The translations under genes were made by a program, and so were the position numbers. DNA of 64,000 nucleotides from an uncultured Pseudomonadota bacterium. Lineage in GTDB: Bacteria > Oederibacteriota > Muellerivitia > Muellerivitales > Muellerivitaceae. The stretch lies in assembly GCA_963836235.1 (NCBI GenBank), contig CAWIIP010000002.1, forward strand, positions 1,920,001 to 1,984,000, in the 5' to 3' direction. The notes under the pieces are model-generated. The model made no database searches. It saw only the letters and a list, made by a program, of their open reading frames with translations, and was not told the DNA's origin. This document shows, one piece after another, positions 57,328 through 64,000 of this stretch (the first letter of the stretch is position 1; the number at the start of each line of letters is the position of its first letter).

Positions 57328-59571
57328 CTACTTAGCCACAAGCAGTTTCCCGACCGTTCTTTCGGAGTCTTGGCTAATCACGATGTAATAAAAGCCATTC
57401 GCGAGGCTTTTCCCCCAATGGTCTTTCAACTCAAACGATGTCGTTTGATTCCCCGGCGGAAGGTTACCTAAATCCGCTTCCTGGATTTTTCGGAACGCCG
57501 CCGTGAAGATATGAAGCTTTACGTCACCCGAACCATTCAATTTAAATATTATTTGGATCAGTTCTGTTCCGTTTACCGGATTTGGATAGACGAGGATTTT
57601 TTCGGGCACTAGGACAGGTGTCGCGGTGAAAGTCATGATTCCCGTAGGTGTCGGGGTTAAGGTTGCCGCCGGGGTAAGAGTCAAAGTGGGGGTGAAAGAA
57701 GCTGTGCCGGTAGCCGTTTCTGTTGGGGTGGAAGACTCGGTGGCCGAAGAAGTTACCGTAAAACTGGGGGAAGGTGAGGGGCTGGAGGTGGATGTGCCGG
57801 TTGCCGTGGGACTGGCCGTGAAAGACAAGGTCAAAGTCGGGGTGATGGTTGGAGTCGGCGTGATCGGGCTTGTATTAGTAGGCGTCGAGGTCACCGTTGA
57901 ACTGGCCGTCGGAGAAGCGGTTCCGGTCGCCGTCGAGGAAGCGGTACTTGTGGGGCTCGGGGTTACCGTCGAGGAAGGGGTTGGGGTTCCACTGGAGGTG
58001 GCGGTTGAAGTCGGGCTGAAGGTGGAAGTTACCGTTGCCGTAAGAGTCGCTGTAGAGGTCGGGCTGGAAGTAGCCGTGTTTGTCGAAGTGGAAGAGATGG
58101 TACTCGTAGCGGTTAGGGTTGCCGTGGAGGAGGGCGTCGGAGTTCCGCTGGAGGTGAAGGTCGAGGTTTGAGTGAAAGTGGGTGTTACCGATGCCGTGAG
58201 AGTCGGTGTAGAAGTTACGGTGGAAGTAGCCGTGTTGGTGGAGGTCGAAGAAACGGTGCTGGTGGCGGTTTTGGTTTCTGTCGAGGAAGGTGTAGGGGTT
58301 CCGCTGGAAGTAGAAGTTGAAGTTAAGGTGGAAGTGGGAGTACCTGAGGCCGTGTCAGTGGATGTAGAAGTAACCGTGGAAGTTGGGGTGGCCGTCGCCG
58401 TTTTGGTGGAGGTGCCGCTGGGAGTACTGGTTGCGGTCAGAGTGGCGGTGGAAGTAGAAGTTCCGGTCGTCGTCAGAGTGGGCGTTCCGGTGGGCGTGGG
58501 TGTGATCACGTTGGTGTCAGTGGAAGTCGCCGTCGATGTGGGTGTTGACGTTATCGTCGCGGTGGGAGTTTTAGTGGCCGTGGTTGTCGGCGAATTCGTT
58601 GGAGTAGCCGTTGTCGTTGAGGTGGATGTTGAAGTTGGGCTGGGTGTCGTTGAGTTGGCTCTCGTGGCCGTCGGACTTGCCGTTGGGGACGAGGTGGGAG
58701 TCGCTGTCCAGGTTGATGAGGGCGTCGAGGAAACCGTCGAAGTCGGGGTGAAAGTGGCGGAAGAAGTCGCCGTGCCGGTTAAGGTGGGGGAAAAACTCGC
58801 TGTCTTGCTCGGGGTTAAAGACGCTGTTGAAGTCGCGGTGCCGGTGGGGCTCGCGGTAGAGGTGTTGACAGGTGTCGAACTGGCGGTCAGGGTGGGAGAA
58901 AGGGTGGCGGTGGATGTCGGGGTGGCTGTGGCCGAGAAAGTCGAAGTGGAAGTTGGAGAATTGCTGGAAGTGGAAGTCGGGGTCAAGGTCAAGGTGCGTG
59001 TCGGGGTCATGGTAAGGGTTGAAGTAGAAGTGCCGGTTGGCGTTGAAGATAAAGTCACCGTCGGGCTATTCGTTGGGGTTGAAGTGGGTGTTAGGGTCCG
59101 GGTATTGGTCACGGTGAAAGTCATCGTCGAGGTGGCCGTATTCGTGGGTGTGGAAGTGATGGCCGCCGCGTTGACGATGAGAGTGCAAGCCATTCCCCCG
59201 CATCCCGTGGCGGTACAAGTCGTATTATTGGGAGCGCATCCCGTGGCGTGATTGCCGCAGTGGAAGAAATAAGTCCCGGGAGTGTTAAAAGTAAGAGTCA
59301 ATCCGCTGGCGGGACTTAAGCCGTTCTCCATGCAGGTCGTACCGCTATAAAGATAAAGCGGATGGATATTGGTATTGGTGGTGTCCCAGGTGAGAGAGTC
59401 CCCAGCATTGATGGTGACTGCGGCAATAGCAGTCGTCGAACCCGTTGTGGTATATCGGTATTGGGTGCCCGTCGGATTAATGACCCCAATGGAAACTGTC
59501 GCGGCTCGCAAAGCCGAAAAGGGGGCCAAAAGGAGCAAAAAGCAAAAAACAAGTTTCCGTGTCAGCGGCAT
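57328..59571 (-). CDS. Secreted cupredoxin-like protein with long Thr/Ser/Pro linker and YPNP-type C-terminal domain
   Basis: AGDSLTW...HP...PGTYFFHCGNH...M; ILVYPNPV...NGFYYI. Confidence 0.82.
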   Translation of the reverse strand: MPLTRKLVFCFLLLLAPFSALRAATVSIGVINPTGTQYRYTTTGSTTAIAAVTINAGDSLTWDTTNTNIHPLYLYSGTTCMENGLSPASGLTLTFNTPGTYFFHCGNHATGCAPNNTTCTATGCGGMACTLIVNAAAITSTPTNTATSTMTFTVTNTRTLTPTSTPTNSPTVTLSSTPTGTSTSTLTMTPTRTLTLTPTSTSSNSPTSTSTFSATATPTSTATLSPTLTASSTPVNTSTASPTGTATSTASLTPSKTASFSPTLTGTATSSATFTPTSTVSSTPSSTWTATPTSSPTASPTATRANSTTPSPTSTSTSTTTATPTNSPTTTATKTPTATITSTPTSTATSTDTNVITPTPTGTPTLTTTGTSTSTATLTATSTPSGTSTKTATATPTSTVTSTSTDTASGTPTSTLTSTSTSSGTPTPSSTETKTATSTVSSTSTNTATSTVTSTPTLTASVTPTFTQTSTFTSSGTPTPSSTATLTATSTISSTSTNTATSSPTSTATLTATVTSTFSPTSTATSSGTPTPSSTVTPSPTSTASSTATGTASPTASSTVTSTPTNTSPITPTPTITPTLTLSFTASPTATGTSTSSPSPSPSFTVTSSATESSTPTETATGTASFTPTLTLTPAATLTPTPTGIMTFTATPVLVPEKILVYPNPVNGTELIQIIFKLNGSGDVKLHIFTAAFRKIQEADLGNLPPGNQTTSFELKDHWGKSLANGFYYIVISQDSERTVGKLLVAK

Positions 59572-59900
59572 TCAACTACTCCGTAATGATAGTTGTTTCT
59601 TTGAGATGATTAATAACGCCGTAACATCATTAGTTTCCCGGAGCTTAAAATGTTACGAGGGGCGTGCTTTCCACAGAAAAGAGGCTTTTTTTCCAAGAAT
59701 AACTAGCAATGTGAAGGCACACTCAGGGCTTTTGGAGCGATATGGGGGAAACGGGAAGCTTGAAGCGGCAACTTTGAGGGGCAGATATTTTTCTTGGAAA
59801 CATGAAAAAATCCTTTTTGTTCCTATTACTCTGTGTTTTTCCTTATTAAAGTAACTTTGCTGGCGGATGCCCACTATTGATGGTTAAGGAGCTGTAGCCT

Positions 59901-60461
59901 TTGGATTTCAACGACGGCCAATGGCAAACCTGGACCCAGTTAATGAAGCAAACCCAAGGGGGCGATCAAGCGGCTTACGAACGCCTACTGGTGGAAATAA
60001 GCCCCCTGGTCTTTCATTACGTGAGAAAAAGAGTTTTCAACCAACAATACGTGGAGGATGTGTACCAGGAAGTGCTTTTGACCTTTCACAAGGCCAAGCA
60101 CACCTACCGGACGGACTTGCCCTTCGGTCCTTGGTTTTTCGCGGTGATCCGAAACGCGATTTGGAGCGCCTTGCAAAAGAACCGAAAGATCGCGGAACGT
60201 GAAGTTCCAATGGAAGATTTACCCGAGTTTGCCGCCCTGGAAGCGGTGGAAGATAAAATCGACGACCGTCTTCGGCGGGCATTGGAATCCCTCCCGGAGA
60301 TTTACCGGGGGGCGGTGGAGAGGTTGAAGTTCAAGGGAATGACGGTGGAAATGGCGGCTAAGGACCTAGGTATTTCCAAGATCGCCCTCCGGGTGAGGGC
60401 GCACCGGGGATACAGCCTTTTAAGGAAGTTTTTGACGGCGCAACAGGGAAAAAACAAATGA
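59901..60461 (+). CDS. ECF sigma factor (SigF/ECF16-like)
   Basis: GDQAAYERLL, EDVYQEVLL..HKAKHTY...PF.PW, RAHRG. Confidence 0.92.
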   Translation: MDFNDGQWQTWTQLMKQTQGGDQAAYERLLVEISPLVFHYVRKRVFNQQYVEDVYQEVLLTFHKAKHTYRTDLPFGPWFFAVIRNAIWSALQKNRKIAEREVPMEDLPEFAALEAVEDKIDDRLRRALESLPEIYRGAVERLKFKGMTVEMAAKDLGISKIALRVRAHRGYSLLRKFLTAQQGKNK

Positions 60462-61153
60462 GCAAACCGATTCAATCTAAATCCAACTTAAATGACATGC
60501 CCGAATTCCAACGGCGCTTGGTGGAAAAGCTTGCCTCCGAGGTTAGGCCCCTCAAACCGACTCCGGGCGTTCTACAACAATGGTTTGTTTGGCTGGGCTT
60601 TTCCCTGTTAGTGGTGGGGGTGTCCCTCTCCTTGATTGGGCCGCAGTTCGAGATTATGGAAAAGCTTACCGATTTTTCGTCAGGCGGGTTCCTGTTTTTG
60701 GCTTTTTCAATATCGGCGTTCTGCGCTTGGATGGGCATAGCCTCCAGTAAGCCGGATTACCGGCCCAACCCGGCGCCCTGGATTTTCGCCGGCGTCCTGA
60801 TCCTTTTTCTCTTTTGTATGCCTTTCCTGTTTTTTGACCGGGACAGTCTTTCGCAAGTATGGACCCTCAATATGGCCGACGGATGGTTTTGCGTGAGGAC
60901 CGTGATATTGGTGGCCTTTCCTTCCTGGGTAATGCTGGGATGGATGGCTTCCCGGAACGCTTCCTTTCACCCCGGGTGGACCGGGGCTTGGCTGGGGGCC
61001 TCAGCTTTTCTCTTGGGGACGGGGACTATCCAACTTCATTGCGCCCACTGGGAAACCTGCCACATGCTGGTGGACCATCTGCTTCCCCTATTAGTGCTGA
61101 TCTTTCTTCCTATATGGATAGGAAGCTACTGGTTCTCTCGTTGGATGAAATAA
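60458..61153 (+). CDS. NrsF/DUF1109 anti-sigma factor
   Basis: Six TM segments, conserved Cys and LHC...H, ATGA overlap with sigma gene. Confidence 0.85.
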   Translation: MSKPIQSKSNLNDMPEFQRRLVEKLASEVRPLKPTPGVLQQWFVWLGFSLLVVGVSLSLIGPQFEIMEKLTDFSSGGFLFLAFSISAFCAWMGIASSKPDYRPNPAPWIFAGVLILFLFCMPFLFFDRDSLSQVWTLNMADGWFCVRTVILVAFPSWVMLGWMASRNASFHPGWTGAWLGASAFLLGTGTIQLHCAHWETCHMLVDHLLPLLVLIFLPIWIGSYWFSRWMK

Positions 61154-61188
61154 GACTCTAACCCCCCCAAAAAAAAGTTTAAGCTTTT

Positions 61189-62175
61189 TTATTTCCCGTA
61201 AACATCTTCCTTCTTTTGAACCTTATCCTCGATCACGGTCGCATCCAGGTTCTTCGCGTCCACGCCGACGGGCGTTAGAAGTACGGCACGCACTTTCTTT
61301 TCGCCATTATCCACCTCCACGAACTGGCAGTCGAACTGGGTAGCCTTGCGGGCCAGTTTGGCGGCCAAATAGGCGGTTTCCTCGGCCAACTTTTGGGGAG
61401 GATGATAGACCGTCATGGTCTGGGTGCCGGAGGCGATTCTTCGGCAGGCCGATAGGTCGTCCCCTAGGCCCCCCACCGAGACTTTTCCGGAAAGCTTTGC
61501 TTTTTCTAGGGCCCCGATAGCCCCTTCAGCCATTTGGCTATCCGAGGCCAATATTGCGTCCACTTTGTTTCCTTCTAGAGCCAGGATGGATTCCATTTTC
61601 TTCGCCGCCTCGGAAGGGCGGGTCCATTGGGCGGAGGCGATGCGGATATCCCCCCGGTCAATGAGGGGTTGTAGCGTTTTCATCTGACCTTCCCGAAGGT
61701 CCTTACCTTCCGCGGAGTCTTCCCCTAAGAGAACGTAGCGTCCTTGGGGAACCTTCTTTACCAATGCCTTCGCCTGCAACTCGCCCGCTTTCACGCTGTT
61801 AAAGCCAATGAGATAATCCAGGTCGCTGCCGGGAATGGGACGTTCCAGGGAGATTATCTTGATTCCAGCTTGATGCGCCGCGCTTACCAAGGGTGCGGCC
61901 TTCGCGGGATCGGAGGGAAACACCAAAAGGGTTTGGACACCCTGTCGGATTAATTCTTGAACCTGGGTTTCCTGGGCCGCCGGGTCATCCTTCGCGTCTT
62001 TGATAAAAAGTTCTGCCCGATTGTCTTCCATGGCCTCCTGCAACTTGTGAATGAATGGTTCCCGGCCCTGGGTATGGTCCAGGGAAAGGCCGATTTTGAC
62101 ATTGGGCCCCCAGTGGCCCCAGCCGGTTAAAAGTAGGAAGGTGAAACACCAAATGACGGAAATCCTTAAACGCAT
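61189..62175 (-). CDS. XylF-like sugar ABC substrate-binding protein (orphan)
   Basis: KIGLSL, GELQA, GQMKTLQPLIDRGDI, GTQTMTVY. Confidence 0.85.
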   Translation of the reverse strand: MRLRISVIWCFTFLLLTGWGHWGPNVKIGLSLDHTQGREPFIHKLQEAMEDNRAELFIKDAKDDPAAQETQVQELIRQGVQTLLVFPSDPAKAAPLVSAAHQAGIKIISLERPIPGSDLDYLIGFNSVKAGELQAKALVKKVPQGRYVLLGEDSAEGKDLREGQMKTLQPLIDRGDIRIASAQWTRPSEAAKKMESILALEGNKVDAILASDSQMAEGAIGALEKAKLSGKVSVGGLGDDLSACRRIASGTQTMTVYHPPQKLAEETAYLAAKLARKATQFDCQFVEVDNGEKKVRAVLLTPVGVDAKNLDATVIEDKVQKKEDVYGK

Positions 62176-62375
62176 GGTTTCCTCGGTGAACGGGATGAAT
62201 CAACTCGACTGATTATAGATAGGAGAGGGAATGGGTTTCAGCCAAATAACAAGGTAATTGAGGTAAAACGCTGGACAGAAACCTTACTGGGTTGCGGAAC
62301 CCCACATTCGGCGTTACAGTTTGGCGGGATAGAAACTTCTAAAGGGTGCAGGCTTTGAAAGGAAACCGAAATCCG

Positions 62376-63146
62376 ATGAACCGGATGAAAGCCAGTTTCA
62401 GACACGCCTTTCTGCTGGGTATTATTCTTTGGGGCGCCCAAGCCCTTTTGCCCTCTTCCTCCTTCGCGCAAGAGGATGACCCGGGCCTCATCCGGGCTCT
62501 CGAAACCGATTCGCCTCAGGTGGAAAATACCTACTATCTCGAAGCGACTTACAACAACGACAGTTCGTCCCATCATTTGTTTTATTCGTATGGTGAGGGG
62601 TTGTTCGCCTTGGTGAAGGATTTGGGCTTGGAGGTTGATTTTCCGAACCTGCTCACCGTGGAGCCCCTCGGCCAGGGTTCGGCGGGTTTGGGGCCCATCG
62701 GGGTCTACTTACGTTACGAGTTTTACCATTTCGGGGGATGGAGCAGTGAAACGGCGGGCGCCTTTTCCATTGAGGGCGGGGGAGCCTATGGTTTTTCCAA
62801 CACCGCTTTCCCTTGGATCGGAAGCAGTTGGTCCCTTGAGGCCCTGGGCGGCTACCGGGTGGGAAAGTTCTTCCTGCAAGGGAACTACTGTTACCAGGGC
62901 GGGTTTGATTCCAATGTTCCGAGCGAATGGATGGCCAACACGGCGCTGGGGTACCGCTTGGGCTCGGATTGGTATATCCAGGGAGAAGCGGATTTTACGG
63001 CCATCACGACGCCTTTCAGCAACGCTAGCTGGTCCTTTATCCCTCAAATCGCCTTCCAGCCGGGGGAATGGCTGTTTGAATTAGGCGAATCCCTCAACGA
63101 ATCACCTTCGGGTATCACAGAATTGATGGTCGCCCGGACTTTTTAA
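62376..63146 (+). CDS. Putative outer-membrane beta-barrel protein
   Basis: Signal peptide, aromatic alternating strands, terminal F. Confidence 0.65.
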   Translation: MNRMKASFRHAFLLGIILWGAQALLPSSSFAQEDDPGLIRALETDSPQVENTYYLEATYNNDSSSHHLFYSYGEGLFALVKDLGLEVDFPNLLTVEPLGQGSAGLGPIGVYLRYEFYHFGGWSSETAGAFSIEGGGAYGFSNTAFPWIGSSWSLEALGGYRVGKFFLQGNYCYQGGFDSNVPSEWMANTALGYRLGSDWYIQGEADFTAITTPFSNASWSFIPQIAFQPGEWLFELGESLNESPSGITELMVARTF

Positions 63147-63212
63147 AACTGTTTTGAGGGTTGATCGATGTTAGTTCGAGTCCAACGCGGGGAAGCTCCT
63201 AACAGGGGATTC

Positions 63213-63563
63213 ATGAATAAAAAAAATAGAAAATTGGCTAACCTTATTCTCTATCCGCTTTATTTTCCCATGGTAATTCTATGGATCATAATTGCTTTGA
63301 TTATCGATCTCTTTATGACAAGGAGATGGCCAGGACCTGGTTTCAAGTACATTTATGTGAATGAAGATGGGACAGCACGCGAACTTACCAATGAAGAGCG
63401 CCAAATACTAACCCAAAAATATGAATCTGGAGATGGAGCACGTCCAAATATTAAATTTGGCTATAACGAGAGGAAATTAAACGGGAAGCTGAGTGGTTTC
63501 CTTAAACGACGTCACTTACCCTGGAATATTGTGATTGGCCCAGTTGAAAAGGCTAATCAATAA
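63213..63563 (+). CDS. AT-rich hypothetical protein
   Basis: N-terminal TM, YVNEDGTAREL...DGARP.IK. Confidence 0.65.
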   Translation: MNKKNRKLANLILYPLYFPMVILWIIIALIIDLFMTRRWPGPGFKYIYVNEDGTARELTNEERQILTQKYESGDGARPNIKFGYNERKLNGKLSGFLKRRHLPWNIVIGPVEKANQ

Positions 63564-63637
63564 AGCGCTTTACACCCTAACTATTTCAAATTTGATAGTT
63601 CGCAAATTGTACGGGATGGAGACCCAAAGCGGATTCG

Positions 63638-63817
63638 TTAGTTCGACTTTAGGGGAACATCCTCATAGGCATTATGCGAAACCGGTTTTGACTGCAAAGT
63701 TTCCGGATGCAAGTATAACTGGTAGGCCGCATAGCCGATGAGGGCGATAAAGCCGGCCCAAAGCATCATCTCCACAAATCCTATTCCTTTTTGGTTGTTG
63801 ATGCCGTTCCATTTCAT
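63638..63817 (-). CDS. Small prepilin-like protein (59 aa)
   Basis: MKWNGINNQKG/IGFVEMMLWAGFIALIGYAAY: Gly(-1), Glu(+5), hydrophobic helix. Confidence 0.6.
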   Translation of the reverse strand: MKWNGINNQKGIGFVEMMLWAGFIALIGYAAYQLYLHPETLQSKPVSHNAYEDVPLKSN

Positions 63818-63930
63818 ACTTCTATCCTATCAAATCACCTCGCCGCCTTTCCCGGTTTAATTTCACCCACTTTCAGGTTGGGTACGGGATAATAAAGTCC
63901 ATAAAACTTTCATTTCGCATCGGGAGATCC

Positions 63931-64000
63931 ATGTCCTACCGGAAATATCCTCGGTTTACCCTTCTTCTGGCCCTGCTGGCGCTTGCCGGCGTTCTTGGAA
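63931..64000 (+). CDS. 5' end of exported protein, truncated by window edge
   Basis: GGGAG RBS, MSYRKYPRFTLLLALLALAGVLG. Confidence 0.5.
   Translation, partial: MSYRKYPRFTLLLALLALAGVLG

Noticed and set aside
57626-59251. Long Val/Gly/Glu-rich + strand ORFs (also 24640-24957 on -)
   Set aside because: Antisense shadows of Thr/Ser/Pro linkers in real genes

Overview
Bacterial chromosomal window of moderate GC with AT-rich inserts. It is probably from a diderm candidate-phylum organism, inferred from secreted proteins with Thr-rich linkers and a YPNP-type C-terminal domain. Contents in order: recR-ybaB-[inserted membrane gene]-dnaX, SRP RNA, three tRNAs with tadA, a GDT1 transporter and metH. 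An accessory island follows between the convergent metH and DinB/YfiT genes; it holds higBA, DUF262 plus an IS30-split HEPN gene, two IS30 elements and Fic. Next come a run of envelope and hypothetical genes, deoC, a diguanylate cyclase and two redox genes. A ~17 kb potassium island carries kdpDE, kdpFABC, PII, a Crp/Fnr regulator and two KimA-like permeases, each behind a c-di-AMP riboswitch. The window ends with a cupredoxin/heme-porin pair divergent from an ECF sigma/NrsF pair. Two observations stand out. First, the K+ island has several small membrane peptides missed or mis-started by the ORF track, including three paralogous 23-26 aa peptides with their own RBS, downstream hairpin and candidate KdpE or Crp/Fnr promoters. 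Second, the 3' ends of core genes (recR, metH, yfiT) are each duplicated with synonymous divergence around inserted DNA. All calls come from reading the sequence and motifs by eye; no searches were run.
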